Below, one piece after another: positions 18,470-32,394 of a stretch of DNA of 64,000 bases (the stretch's first letter is position 1; each line of letters starts with the position of its first letter). The stretch spans positions 2,877 through 66,876 of the forward strand of contig JAIMAN010000001.1 of the NCBI GenBank assembly GCA_023511915.1. Direction: 5' to 3'. Source of the DNA: Armatimonadota bacterium. Its GTDB lineage: Bacteria > Armatimonadota > Fimbriimonadia > Fimbriimonadales > GBS-DC. Under the pieces are notes generated by a model. It saw only the letters and a list, made by a program, of their open reading frames with translations. It was not told the origin of the DNA and searched no databases. Position numbers and translations under genes: made by a program.

Positions 18470-21400
18470 CTATTGCTTGCGCTCGCGTTTGGTTTTCGGG
18501 GAAGCGCGATCGCCGTCGGTGGGGTCTGGCGCGTCAGCCTCCCCGGCTGCTGGACGCAGGGTAATCTCCAAGGCGGGCGCGTCGCCGTCGGTGGGGTCTG
18601 GCGCGTCCGCCTCACCTGCTGCGGGGCGCAGGGTAAGTTCGAGGGCAGGCGCGTCGGGCGAGGAGTCGGCAAGGCGCAGGGTGCTTTCCGTGTTGGGCGC
18701 GCCGCCGTCGGTTGCCTGCGCCTCGCCGTCGTCCGCCGCCAGCTCCTCTTCGAAGAGCGTGCCGAGCGTCGGCTCGCGCGTTTCGACGACCGCCGCCGCC
18801 TCGTCGGCGCGTGCGCCCCACTCGAACTTTGGCTCGAAGCGCGGCTTCACATACCCTGTACCCGCAGGAATCAGCCGCCCGATAATCACATTCTCCTTCA
18901 AGCCGACCAGTTCGTCCACCTTGCCGCGCACCGCCGCCTCCGTGAGCGCTTTGACCGTGCGCTGGAACGACGCCGCCGACAGGAACGACTCGGTCTGCTG
19001 CGCCGCCTCCGAGACGCCCAGCAGCACCCACTCTGCAGTCGCGGGTCGCCCGCCCTCGGCGATGACCTTGCGGTTGGCGTCCTCGAACACGAAGCGGTCG
19101 ACGGTTTGTCCAGGCAGGAAGTAGGCGTCGCCGGGGTCGATCACGCGCCGCTTGCGCAGCATCTGGCGGATGATGACCTCCAGGTGCTTGTCGTCGATGT
19201 CGACGCCCTGCGCCTTGTAGACCGCCTGAATCTCGCGGATGAGGTACTCCTGCACGCCGCGCACCCCGCGCAGGCGCAGCAGCTCGTGCGGGTTCAGCGG
19301 TCCGGGCGTGAGGCGGTCGCCCGCCAGCACTGTGTCGCCCTTGACCACCTCCAGCGAGCCTTGCGGCGGCACCAGCACCGCGTCCAGCACTGTGACCTCT
19401 TGGACGCCTGCTTCGTGCAGGCGCGTCAGGTGCGCGGCGCGAATCTCGTCCATCTCGCTGACGATGGGGTTGCCCCGCGCGTCTTCGATGGTCTGCAGGC
19501 TCATCTTGCCCACCAGCAGGTCGCCGACGGGCAGCGTGGCTTTGATGACCACCCAGCGCCCGACGGAGCGCACGACATCCACCACCTCGCCTGCGTAGTC
19601 GACAGTGATGGCTTCGCCTTTGGGCTTGCGCGCCTCGAACAGCTCCTCTACGCGGTTGATGCCCGAGTTGGGCGGCTCTTGCAGTTTGTTCAGTCGGCGC
19701 AGCGAGTCGCGCGTGCGCTTTTCGATCTTGTCCTCGCCGTCGCTGGGTTCGTCGGTCGCAAGCACGGGCACGGGCTTGCCCAACTGGTTCGCCGCGACTT
19801 TGAGCAGCACATGCTTCTGGTCTTTGCTGAGGTCGAGGGTTTGCGCCTCTTCTTCATCTTTTTTGGATTCACTTCGCACTGCGACAGGATATTCCACGAT
19901 GGAACATTTTTCGCGTTGTAGATGGGCGATTACCTTCTGTCGTAAATTGTGGAGTTCTTTGAGTTTCTTGATATCAATTTTGTCTCCTTTTCTCAGTAGG
20001 ACTTTCTTGTCGCCGATCGGAGACACAAGTTCCTTGTCCTTTTCATACACCGAGCCAACTCCCTGCGCAATGATCTCACGCACATCAGAGATAAACGGCA
20101 CAAACTCGCGCGTCTTTTGGTCATCCTTTATTTTGTCACGGTAGATTTGAGGAGTATTCCAACTGAAGCCAGATGCCGTAAACGACACTCGCAGTTCATT
20201 TATGGCGCTATGCAGTCTTTGCTCGATCAACAACAGATCTTCATCACTGGGCAAGAGAATTTGCTTACCAGTAAATGGATGCCTTACATCCTCGCGAAAT
20301 GCTTTGCCTAATTCACAACTCTCTACTTTACGACACATCCTCACAAACTCTGCTACCCTTCTGGCAAGTTCTTCTATCTCTTTGGCAGATCTTTCGTCGA
20401 TAGCCCTACCAGCGGTAGCCAACACTTTCTTAGTGTGTGGATCAAATAGAGTTCGCTCTGGTACGCGTCCTTTGAGCTGATCGACTTTAGCGTCCACTGG
20501 TTCGAAACTTCGCTCAACTGCTTTCATCTTGAAAGACGCAATTACCTGTCCGCTTCCCGCTACACCACTTGCGTGGAACACACGCATGGTCAGCTGCGTG
20601 CCGGGTTCGCCAATCGACTCGGCGGCGATGATGCCGACCGCTGTGCCCAGCTCCACGGGGCGCAGCGTGCCCATATCCAGTCCGTAGCACTTGGCGCACA
20701 CGCCTTGGCGCGTGTTGCAGGTCAGCGGCGAGCGGATGGGCACGCCCACGCGGTCATGCTCGACCCACTCGTAGCCCGCTTGGAGCCACATGGTGCGGAT
20801 TTCGTCGCGCCGCGCGTGCAGCCGATCCATCACTTCCTGCGTGAGCATATCGTAGGGTTCCAGCAGCGTTTCGCCGGTGATGGGATCGCGCAGCGGCTCG
20901 TCGTCGGTCGGCGTGAACAGTTCGAACTCGTCTTTGCCCGACAGTTCGCGCAGCGTCTGGGTGAACCGTTCGGTCGCCTGCGCCAGCGCGTCAAGTTCGG
21001 TTGCTACCGCTTCGGGGATGATTTCGTTCTCGGCGACGAGGGGTTCGCCCGTGATGGGGTGGCGCAGGTCGCGTCGGGCAGTGCGTCCGCGAATACGCTG
21101 GAACAGCGTTTCGATGAGGTCGCCCTCGCGCTCGATGCGGCTGACGACGATGCCTTCAGGCGTGCCGCAGTCGTGTTCGCGGATGACCACATCCTGCGCC
21201 ACATCGCACATGCGACGGGTGAGGTAGCCCGCGTTGGCGGTTAGCAGCGCGGTGCTTGCCAGCCCGCGCCGTGCGCCGTAGCCCGACACGAAGTATTCCA
21301 GCGTGGTCAGCCCCTCTTGGAAGTTGTGCTGCACGGGCAACTCCTCGACCAGTCGCTCGCCGCCTGAACGGAAGTCGAACCCGCCCATCATCAAGCCGCG

Positions 21401-23827
21401 CATGCCGACCAGCTGCGCCAGCTGCTTGGTGGAGCCGCGCGCGCCCGAATCGGTGATGATAAACAGCGGGTTGTCGTCGCGCAGCTCTTGCAGCATCACT
21501 TTGGACACCTCGTCGTACACGCGCTGCCAGAGCTGGATTTTGCGCTGGCGTTTCTCGTCTTGGGTCAGCTCGCCGCGGTCGTACAGCTCGTCAATCCGAC
21601 GCGCCTCTTCCGCTGCTTTCTGCAGGATGGCGTCGCGCTGCGCAGGAATCGCCATATCGGTCAGCGCGAAGGTAATCCCGCCGCGCAGCCCCCACTCAAA
21701 CCCCAGCGCCTTCAGGTCGTCCAAGAAGCGCACCGTGCGCGCGTGCCCGCAGGTCTGGTACACCGCGCGAATCACCGCCGAGAGCATCTTCTTGTTGTAG
21801 ACCACATTGAGCCAGTCAGGGTGATAGCGCAGCTCGTCGGGCATGATTTCGTGGAACATCAGTCGCCCGATGGTGGTCTGCACGAATTCGGGGTCTTGGG
21901 CGTTCGGGCGGACAAGGCGCACCTCGATAGGCTCGTGCAGCCGCGCGTCGCCGCGCTCGAACGCCAGCCGCGCCTCTTCGGGGTTCGCAAACCGATAGCG
22001 CACCTCCTGCTGGCGCTGCGGGTCGCTCATCGTCAGGTAGTACGCGCCCAGCACGATGTCCTGCAGGGGCGAGACCACAGGCGAGCCGTCGGCGGGCTTG
22101 AACAGGTTGTGCGTGGAGAGCATCAGCGTGCGCGCCTCCGCCTGCGCGGGGAACGACAGCGGCACATGCACCGCCATCTGGTCGCCGTCGAAGTCGGCGT
22201 TGTAGGCGTGGCACACCAGCGGGTGCAGCTGAATCGCCTTGCCCTCCACCAGCACGGGTTCAAACGCCTGAATGCCCAAGCGGTGCAGCGTCGGCGCGCG
22301 GTTCAGCAGCACGGGATGCTCCCGAATCACCGACTCCAGCGCCTTCCACACTTCGGGCAGCTGGCGGTCGATGGCGTTCTTGGCGTTTTTGACATTGTTG
22401 GCGAGTTGGTCGCGAATCAGCCGTTGCATCACGAACGGCTTGAACAGCTCCAGCGCCATCTCTTTGGGCAGCCCGCACTGGTGCAGTTGCAGCGTCGGTC
22501 CGACCACGATCACCGAGCGTCCCGAATAGTCCACGCGCTTGCCGAGCAGGTTCTTGCGGAAGCGTCCCTCCTTGCCCTTGAGCATATCGGAGAGCGACTT
22601 GAGCGGGCGTCCGCCTGTGCCAGTGACGGGCTTGGAGCGTTTGGTGTTGTCAATCAGCGCGTCCACCGCCTCTTGCAGCAGTCGCTTTTCGGAGTTGAGA
22701 ATGCTCTTGGGCGCGCGGATTTCCATGATTTTGCGCAGGCGGTTGTTGCGGTTCACGATGCGCCGATACAGGTCGTTGAGGTCGCTGGTGGCGAACCGTC
22801 CACCGTCGAGTTGCACCATCGGGCGTAGCTCGGGCGGCAGCACGGGCACGGCGTCCAGGATCATCCATTCGGGGCGCGTCTTGCTGTTTTTGAACGCCTC
22901 GACGATTTCCAGGCGTTTGATGGCGCGGGCGCGGCGCGTGCCCTGCGTCTTGCTGATTTCCTCGCGCAGCTCGCGATCGAGCTTTTCGAGGTCAATCTCC
23001 CGAAGCAGCTCGCGGATCGCTTCCGCGCCTTGCCCGACGCGCACCAGCGGGCGCAGGTCGCGCTGCAGCCTGCGCGCGCCCGTAATCAAGAGCTGCTCAA
23101 TCGCCTGCCAGCTGCTCTCGTCCAGCAGTTCGTAGCGCTGCAGTTTGGCGAGCCGTTCGATGGCTTTCTCCATCTCCTCCAGCAGGCGGGCGCGCTCGCG
23201 GCGCTCACTCTCTTTTCGGCTTTCGTACATCCGCACGCGCTCCGCAATCTGCTGTTCGGTGAGCGTGTCGGCTCCCTCTTTCAGCTCGCGTTCCAGTCGC
23301 GCGTCCAGCTCCAGAAACACGCGCTCGATTTCCGCGTCGAAGTTGCGCTTGGCTTCCTCGACCATGCGCTGCAGGTCGCCGAGGTTCTGCTCGATGCCCG
23401 CGCGGTCGATGTCGATGACCATGTAGTTCGTGAAGTAGATGACTTTTTCGAGTTGGCGCGGCGAGATGTCGAGCAGCAGTCCGAGCGGGCTGGGCGGCTG
23501 CCCCTTGAGGTACCACAGGTGGCACACGGGCGCGGCAAGTTCGATGTGTCCCATCCGTTCGCGTCGCACGCGCGCGCGCGTGACCTCCACGCCGCACCGC
23601 TCGCAGCGGATGCCCTTGTTTTTGACGCGCTTATAGCGTCCGCAGGAGCATTCCCAGTCGCGCGTGGGACCGAAGATGCGTTCACAGAACAGCCCATCGC
23701 GTTCGGGCTTGAAGGTGCGATAGTTAATCGTTTCGGGCTTTTTGACTTCGCCAAACGACCACGCCCGAATATCGTCGGGCGAGGCGAGACCGATTTTAAT
23801 CGCCTTGATACGCGAGATGTCCGCCAT
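18470..23827 (-). CDS. rpoC: DNA-directed RNA polymerase subunit beta-prime, unusually long (1785 aa)
   Basis: The translation shows the N-terminal zinc motif [43 protein letters not shown] and [12 protein letters not shown]. Its extra length comes from a trigger-loop insertion and a repeated C-terminal tail. Confidence 0.97.
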   Translation of the reverse strand: MADISRIKAIKIGLASPDDIRAWSFGEVKKPETINYRTFKPERDGLFCERIFGPTRDWECSCGRYKRVKNKGIRCERCGVEVTRARVRRERMGHIELAAPVCHLWYLKGQPPSPLGLLLDISPRQLEKVIYFTNYMVIDIDRAGIEQNLGDLQRMVEEAKRNFDAEIERVFLELDARLERELKEGADTLTEQQIAERVRMYESRKESERRERARLLEEMEKAIERLAKLQRYELLDESSWQAIEQLLITGARRLQRDLRPLVRVGQGAEAIRELLREIDLEKLDRELREEISKTQGTRRARAIKRLEIVEAFKNSKTRPEWMILDAVPVLPPELRPMVQLDGGRFATSDLNDLYRRIVNRNNRLRKIMEIRAPKSILNSEKRLLQEAVDALIDNTKRSKPVTGTGGRPLKSLSDMLKGKEGRFRKNLLGKRVDYSGRSVIVVGPTLQLHQCGLPKEMALELFKPFVMQRLIRDQLANNVKNAKNAIDRQLPEVWKALESVIREHPVLLNRAPTLHRLGIQAFEPVLVEGKAIQLHPLVCHAYNADFDGDQMAVHVPLSFPAQAEARTLMLSTHNLFKPADGSPVVSPLQDIVLGAYYLTMSDPQRQQEVRYRFANPEEARLAFERGDARLHEPIEVRLVRPNAQDPEFVQTTIGRLMFHEIMPDELRYHPDWLNVVYNKKMLSAVIRAVYQTCGHARTVRFLDDLKALGFEWGLRGGITFALTDMAIPAQRDAILQKAAEEARRIDELYDRGELTQDEKRQRKIQLWQRVYDEVSKVMLQELRDDNPLFIITDSGARGSTKQLAQLVGMRGLMMGGFDFRSGGERLVEELPVQHNFQEGLTTLEYFVSGYGARRGLASTALLTANAGYLTRRMCDVAQDVVIREHDCGTPEGIVVSRIEREGDLIETLFQRIRGRTARRDLRHPITGEPLVAENEIIPEAVATELDALAQATERFTQTLRELSGKDEFELFTPTDDEPLRDPITGETLLEPYDMLTQEVMDRLHARRDEIRTMWLQAGYEWVEHDRVGVPIRSPLTCNTRQGVCAKCYGLDMGTLRPVELGTAVGIIAAESIGEPGTQLTMRVFHASGVAGSGQVIASFKMKAVERSFEPVDAKVDQLKGRVPERTLFDPHTKKVLATAGRAIDERSAKEIEELARRVAEFVRMCRKVESCELGKAFREDVRHPFTGKQILLPSDEDLLLIEQRLHSAINELRVSFTASGFSWNTPQIYRDKIKDDQKTREFVPFISDVREIIAQGVGSVYEKDKELVSPIGDKKVLLRKGDKIDIKKLKELHNLRQKVIAHLQREKCSIVEYPVAVRSESKKDEEEAQTLDLSKDQKHVLLKVAANQLGKPVPVLATDEPSDGEDKIEKRTRDSLRRLNKLQEPPNSGINRVEELFEARKPKGEAITVDYAGEVVDVVRSVGRWVVIKATLPVGDLLVGKMSLQTIEDARGNPIVSEMDEIRAAHLTRLHEAGVQEVTVLDAVLVPPQGSLEVVKGDTVLAGDRLTPGPLNPHELLRLRGVRGVQEYLIREIQAVYKAQGVDIDDKHLEVIIRQMLRKRRVIDPGDAYFLPGQTVDRFVFEDANRKVIAEGGRPATAEWVLLGVSEAAQQTESFLSAASFQRTVKALTEAAVRGKVDELVGLKENVIIGRLIPAGTGYVKPRFEPKFEWGARADEAAAVVETREPTLGTLFEEELAADDGEAQATDGGAPNTESTLRLADSSPDAPALELTLRPAAGEADAPDPTDGDAPALEITLRPAAGEADAPDPTDGDRASPKTKRERKQ
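18511..18654 (-). repeat. 2 x 72 bp tandem repeat encoding a duplicated 24 aa acidic/Pro-rich tail of beta-prime
   Basis: The units start at 18511 and 18583. The peptide is APALE(L/I)[18 protein letters not shown] repeated twice. The two DNA units differ at roughly 11 positions but at only one amino acid. Confidence 0.9.
19665..20572 (-). other. lineage-specific insertion of about 300 codons in the beta-prime trigger loop; 19850-20572 is AT-rich
   Basis: The insertion lies between ...[13 protein letters not shown] and ...[16 protein letters not shown]. My G+C counts on 60-nt lines are 22 at 19921, 28 at 20161 and 27 at 20281, against 43 at 20701. Confidence 0.85.
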
Positions 23828-23839
23828 AGAATCTTCACC

Positions 23840-27889
<4,050 letters not shown>

Positions 27890-28033
27890 ACGGTACCCTC
27901 CACAGGCGCAAATTTGCCCAGTCTAAAAGTATACCCTATGCGATGGCGGGGTTGTCAAGGGGGGTGGGCGCATGCGCCAACACATCGTTGACACCCGAAC
28001 GGCAGATTAGACCCTGCCGCGCGCCCAATCGGG

Positions 28034-28039
28034 TACAAT
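28034..28039 (+). promoter_or_regulatory. candidate -10 box ggg-TACAAT upstream of sucD
   Basis: The sequence reads atcgggTACAATccccccgcgcAAGGAGcaagacgctATG. Confidence 0.4.
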
Positions 28040-28064
28040 CCCCCCGCGCAAGGAGCAAGACGCT

Positions 28065-28940
28065 ATGGCTATCTTAGTCAACGCCGATTCGAAGATACTG
28101 GTTCAGGGAATCACGGGGCGCGAAGGGGAGTTCCACACGCGCCAGATGCTGGAGTACGGCACGAAGGTCGTCGCGGGGGTTACCCCAGGCAGGGGCGGGC
28201 AGGAGGTCGCGGGCGTGCCTGTATTCGATACGGTCAAGCAGGCGGTGCGCGAGACGGGCGCGAATGTCTCCTGCATCTTTGTGCCTGCGCCGTTCGCCCC
28301 CGACGCGATTCTGGAGGCTGCCGACGCGGGCGTCGAACTCATCGTGTGCATCACGGAGGGCATCCCCGTGCAGGACATGGTGCGCGTGATGAACTATGTC
28401 AAACGCTGCACCCACAGCCGCGTGATTGGGCCCAACTGCCCCGGACTAACCACCGCCGAAGAGTGCAAGGTCGGCATTATGCCTGGCATGCTGTTCAAGA
28501 AGGGGAACATCGGGCTGGTGTCGCGCAGCGGCACGCTCACCTACGAGATTGTGTACGCGCTGACGCAGGCGGGGCTGGGACAGTCCACCTGCGTGGGCAT
28601 CGGCGGCGACCCGATTATCGGCACGACCTTCATCGATGTGCTGCCGCTGTTTGAGGCAGACCCGCAGACCGAAGCGGTCGTGATGGTGGGCGAGATCGGC
28701 GGCTCGGACGAGGAAATCGCGGCGGAGTATATCAAGCACCACATGACCAAGCCTGTGGTGGGGTTCATTTCGGGGCGCACTGCGCCGCCGGGCAAGCGCA
28801 TGGGGCACGCGGGCGCGATTATCTCAGGCGGCAAGGGCAGCCCGCAGTCCAAAGTCGCCGCGCTCACCGACGCAGGCGTGCCCATCGCCGACACGCCCAG
28901 CGAAATCCCCGATTTGGTGAAGCAAGCCCTGAAGCGGTAG
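28065..28940 (+). CDS. sucD: succinyl-CoA synthetase alpha subunit
   Basis: The translation begins [21 protein letters not shown] and also shows SRSGTLTYE and the phosphohistidine loop [12 protein letters not shown]. Confidence 0.93.
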   Translation: MAILVNADSKILVQGITGREGEFHTRQMLEYGTKVVAGVTPGRGGQEVAGVPVFDTVKQAVRETGANVSCIFVPAPFAPDAILEAADAGVELIVCITEGIPVQDMVRVMNYVKRCTHSRVIGPNCPGLTTAEECKVGIMPGMLFKKGNIGLVSRSGTLTYEIVYALTQAGLGQSTCVGIGGDPIIGTTFIDVLPLFEADPQTEAVVMVGEIGGSDEEIAAEYIKHHMTKPVVGFISGRTAPPGKRMGHAGAIISGGKGSPQSKVAALTDAGVPIADTPSEIPDLVKQALKR

Positions 28941-28950
28941 CCCCATCAGG

Positions 28951-28956
28951 TAGAAT
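28951..28956 (+). promoter_or_regulatory. candidate -10 box agg-TAGAAT upstream of the aldehyde dehydrogenase
   Basis: The sequence reads catcaggTAGAATcctgc...ttAGGAGGgactaccgATG. Confidence 0.3.
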
Positions 28957-29000
28957 CCTGCAGGCTCAACGCCGAGTCTAACAGTTAGGAGGGACTACCG

Positions 29001-30500
29001 ATGAAACAAGTACAGGCGATGAACCTGATTCGCGGGCGCTGGCACGAGTCGGCGTCCAACAACCGCTTTGAAAGCCGCAACCCTGCCGACACGCGCGAGG
29101 TGATTGGCACGGCTCCATGCTCCAACGCCAGCGATGTGGACGCCGCCGTGCGCGCCGCGCGCGAAGCGTACCCGATGTGGAAAGCCATGTCGCGCGTCAA
29201 ACGCGGCGAACTCATCGACAACCTCGCGCAGCTCATCAAGCGCGACCTGAACGCGCTCTCGGAACTGGTTACGCGCGAGTGTGGCAAGCCCATCAACGAA
29301 GGGCGCGCCGATGTCGTCGAGGCGCTCCATATGACGCAGTATGTGGCGGGCATGGCGCGCATGCCGCACGGCGAAATCATCGACAGCGAAATCGCCGAGA
29401 AAGACGCCTACATCCTGCGCAAGCCCAAAGGCGTCGTGGCGTGCATCACCCCGTGGAACTTCCCCGTCGCCATCCCGCTGTGGACAATCCTACCCAGCCT
29501 GCTGGAGGGCAACACGGTCGTCTTCAAGCCGTCGGAAGACACCCCCATCTGCGGGCACGCGCTGGCGGAACTGTTTGTGGAGGCGGGCTTCCCGACGGGC
29601 GTGTTCAATGTCGTTCACGGCCCTGGCGAGGACGCGGGCGACCCGCTGGTGCATCACCCCGAAGTCGATGTCGTGGTGTTTACAGGCTCCTACGCCGTCG
29701 GACGCTACATCATCGAAGCGTGCGCCAAGCAGCATAAGTTCGCCGCTGTGGAGATGGGCGGCAAAAACGCCGTGATTGTGCTGGACGACGCCAATCTGGA
29801 AATCGCGCTCAACGCGGCGATTCTGTCGGCGTTCAAGACCAGCGGGCAGCGGTGTGTGTCGTCCAACCGCATCATCGTCCACGAGAAGATTGAACCTGAG
29901 TTCACCCCGCGCTTTGTGGAGTTGGCGAAGCGCATCAATATCGGCAACGGGCTGCGCGAGGACACCTTCATGGGACCGCTCATCAACGAACAGGGCGTGG
30001 AGAAGTACCTGTACCACAACCAGAAGGCGATAGAGGAGGGCGCCGAGGTGCTGCTGCCCGGCGGCGTGCTGAACGACGGCGAGTATCAGTACGGGCACTT
30101 TGTCGCGCCGTTCGTGTACCGCATGCGCCACCGCCCGGACAGCTTCGCGCTCAAAGAGGAAGCCTTCAGCCCGCATGTGGCGATTATCCCCGTCAGCGAC
30201 CTCGACGAAGCCATCCATGTCTACAACGACACCAAGTACGGACTGGCGATGGCGGTGATTACCGAAGACTACCGCAAGTGGCGCTATGTGCGCGACAACT
30301 GCGAGTTCGGCGTCGGGTATGTGAACCTGCCGAGTATCGGCGCGGAGGTACATCTGCCCTTCGGCGGGGTCAAAGGCAGCGGCAACGGGCATCCCAGCGC
30401 GTCCGCGCTGTTCGACGCCGTCACGCACAAGGTCGCCTTTACGGTCAACCATGCGACCGAAATCAAGATGGCGCAGGGCTTGAGCGCGAAGATTGGGTAG
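29001..30500 (+). CDS. NAD(P)-dependent aldehyde dehydrogenase
   Basis: The 499 aa product contains ITPWNFP, FTGSYAVGR, VEMGGKNA, SGQRCVSSNR and PFGGVKGSG. Confidence 0.9.
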   Translation: MKQVQAMNLIRGRWHESASNNRFESRNPADTREVIGTAPCSNASDVDAAVRAAREAYPMWKAMSRVKRGELIDNLAQLIKRDLNALSELVTRECGKPINEGRADVVEALHMTQYVAGMARMPHGEIIDSEIAEKDAYILRKPKGVVACITPWNFPVAIPLWTILPSLLEGNTVVFKPSEDTPICGHALAELFVEAGFPTGVFNVVHGPGEDAGDPLVHHPEVDVVVFTGSYAVGRYIIEACAKQHKFAAVEMGGKNAVIVLDDANLEIALNAAILSAFKTSGQRCVSSNRIIVHEKIEPEFTPRFVELAKRINIGNGLREDTFMGPLINEQGVEKYLYHNQKAIEEGAEVLLPGGVLNDGEYQYGHFVAPFVYRMRHRPDSFALKEEAFSPHVAIIPVSDLDEAIHVYNDTKYGLAMAVITEDYRKWRYVRDNCEFGVGYVNLPSIGAEVHLPFGGVKGSGNGHPSASALFDAVTHKVAFTVNHATEIKMAQGLSAKIG

Positions 30501-30524
30501 GTTGCTAAATAGGGACGATACTGA

Positions 30525-30618
30525 CCCCCTCCTCAAGGTTCCCCCTACAAGTAGAGGGAACCGAACGGGCGCGCGGCTTGGTTCCCCTCGCGAAGCGGGG
30601 GGAACCTAAAGGAGGGGG
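30525..30618. repeat. family-B palindromic repeat pair (CCCCCTCCT ... AGGAGGGGG arms, each with a GGTTCCC(C)/GGGGAACC hairpin)
   Basis: The sequence is ccccctcctcaaggttccccctacaagtagagggaacc ... ggttcccctcgcgaagcggggggaacctaaaggaggggg. Related copies lie at 58403-58476 and 63672-63751. Confidence 0.8.
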
Positions 30619-30655
30619 AGCTCTGAACCATGTGACCTCAATAGGTACGAAGCGC

Positions 30656-31097
30656 ATGAAACCCTCACTCAAGGAGCAGCTGGAGTCTATCCGCGCCGAG
30701 TTCGGCGTTCCCGCGCTGGGTGCGCTGGTGGGCGACTCGCGTCGGATTCGCGCGTTTGCCTGTGTGGGCGTGCGGCGCGCAGGAAGCCAAGAGCGCGTCC
30801 GCGCAGTTGCACCTGCGCGGGGCGTGCGGCGAAAAGACCGCGCTGCTGCGCCCCGAGTCGTTCGCTACCCTGCATGCGGACCCCTATTCGCAGGGCTACG
30901 CGACGGGATGGGTCGTGCGCCCGACGGAGAACGGGCGCACGCTGCAGCACGCAGGCAGCAACACCTTCTGGTTCGCTATGATGCAGCTGGAGCCTGCACG
31001 CGACCGCGTCTACCTGTGCGCGACCAACTGGGGGCACGCCGACGCCGTGCAAGCGGTGCTGACGCTCATCCAGAGCCTATCCACACAGGCGAGTTAG
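30656..31097 (+). pseudogene. degraded serine-hydrolase / beta-lactamase-family gene (frameshift plus internal deletion)
   Basis: The N-terminal frame reads MKPSLKEQLESIRAEFGVPALGALVGDSRRIRAFACVGVRRAGSQE. The C-terminal frame, one frame away, reads LLRPESFATLHADPYSQGYATGWVVRPTENGRTLQHAGSNTFWFAMMQLEPARDRVYLCATNWG. Together they give about 150 aa, against about 350-400 aa expected for the family. Confidence 0.5.
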
Positions 31098-31134
31098 GTG
31101 GGTGGGTCGCTGCGCCGTAGGCGCGCCGCGGGGA

Positions 31135-32313
31135 CTACCCGCTCACCTGACGGCTAACCGTCTCACGCAGGGTGAAGCCGCGCTTGAGCCACTCGGCGAC
31201 GAACTGACGTCCTGTCATCGACTGCTCGTAGGGCACAATCCCGCGCGGCACGACGCCCTTCGCGACGCCAATCGCGATAATCGACGCCGCAAAGCCCGTG
31301 CAGCGCTCCATCGCCGTGAAGCCCGTCGCCTCGTCGTGGTACTCCACGAACTGCAGGCGAATCGAGTAGGGCGCGCCGTTCTTGACGCCCGAACCGTAGG
31401 CGTAGACCACCACGAGGTCTTTCTCGTCGGGGAAGTCGATGTGCGGCGGGATGACTTTCGCGGCGATTTCGCGCGGGCTGATGTGGACGCCGTGCAGCTC
31501 CATCGGCTGCTCGTCGAAAAAGCCCAAGTCGCGCAGGGCGCGCATCGCCGCCCAGTGTCCGGGGTAGCGTAGCGTCTTGTAGTCGTACTCGCGCACCTTG
31601 CCCTGCAGCGTGTAGGGCGCGGTGGAAGTGCCCCCCGAAGTCGGCGCGGCTTCCAGCGTGCCCAGCGGCTCGATTTCGAGCGTCTCCACATCATCCATCG
31701 TCGGCACATAATGCAGCTTGCCCTCGTGCAGGGTCAGCGCCTCGCCCGTGTATTCCGAGATGACGCCGATCATGTTGAACACCAGTTTGTAGCCAATCGG
31801 CGGGATCGGGCGTTGGGGCAGCCCGCCGCAGCGCAGGCGTATCTCGTGGCACTCGTCCATCTGCTCCATGCAATACAGCCCCAGATGGTTCACCATGCCA
31901 GGCGCAAGCCCACAGTCGGGCACAAGCGCGATGTGCGCTTTCTTCGCCTCTTCGTCGCGCTTGCGGAACTCATGCCAGAACCATTCGGGGTCGTTGCCCA
32001 TGTCGATAAAGCTGCGTTTGACCTCCAGCGCGTGCTGAATCAGGCGCAGGTTCATCTGCCAGGGCACCGCGCTGATCACGACATCCGCCTGCTCGAAGTA
32101 GGCGCGGACTTGCTGCTCGTCAGTGGCGTCCACGCGCTTGGGGCACACGACCGTGCGCCCCAGCAGTTGGTTTACCCACTCCGCTTTTTGTGTGGCTCGT
32201 GTCTCGTCTATATCGGCTAAATAAATTGCTTCCGCGTCCCCGAACCGCGCCAGGTCGTAGGCGACGGCGGGACCTTGCATGCCAGCTCCCAAAATGGCGT
32301 ACTTATAGGTCAT
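31135..32313 (-). CDS. saccharopine dehydrogenase family oxidoreductase
   Basis: The N-terminal Rossmann fold reads MTYKYAILGAGMQGPAVAYDLARFG. GGAGG lies 7 nt upstream of the ATG at 32313. Confidence 0.75.
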   Translation of the reverse strand: MTYKYAILGAGMQGPAVAYDLARFGDAEAIYLADIDETRATQKAEWVNQLLGRTVVCPKRVDATDEQQVRAYFEQADVVISAVPWQMNLRLIQHALEVKRSFIDMGNDPEWFWHEFRKRDEEAKKAHIALVPDCGLAPGMVNHLGLYCMEQMDECHEIRLRCGGLPQRPIPPIGYKLVFNMIGVISEYTGEALTLHEGKLHYVPTMDDVETLEIEPLGTLEAAPTSGGTSTAPYTLQGKVREYDYKTLRYPGHWAAMRALRDLGFFDEQPMELHGVHISPREIAAKVIPPHIDFPDEKDLVVVYAYGSGVKNGAPYSIRLQFVEYHDEATGFTAMERCTGFAASIIAIGVAKGVVPRGIVPYEQSMTGRQFVAEWLKRGFTLRETVSRQVSG

Positions 32314-32330
32314 CGCATACCTCCTTCGGT

Positions 32331-32363
32331 ACAAAACGGCGGGGGGTCTATGCGACCCCCCGC
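32331..32363 (-). terminator. rho-independent terminator of fliC
   Basis: The minus strand reads GCGGGGGGTC-gcata-GACCCCCCGC followed by cgTTTTGT. It begins 31 nt after the fliC stop. Confidence 0.8.
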
Positions 32364-32394
32364 TGTTAGTGTACCCGATTCGCTCAAAGGAGGC

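Noticed and set aside
19665-20572. An intein or homing-endonuclease interpretation of the rpoC insertion.
   Set aside because: The N-terminal junction has no Cys/Ser/Thr nucleophile context. There is no terminal HN followed by Cys/Ser/Thr, and no LAGLIDADG, HNH or GIY-YIG motif. The insertion site matches known non-spliced trigger-loop insertions.
30578-31120. The 180 aa ORF taken as an intact gene.
   Set aside because: Its TTG start lies inside a palindromic repeat. After about 45 family-like residues the frame degenerates into Arg/Ala junk, while the family-like C-terminus lies in another frame, so I treated it as a pseudogene instead.
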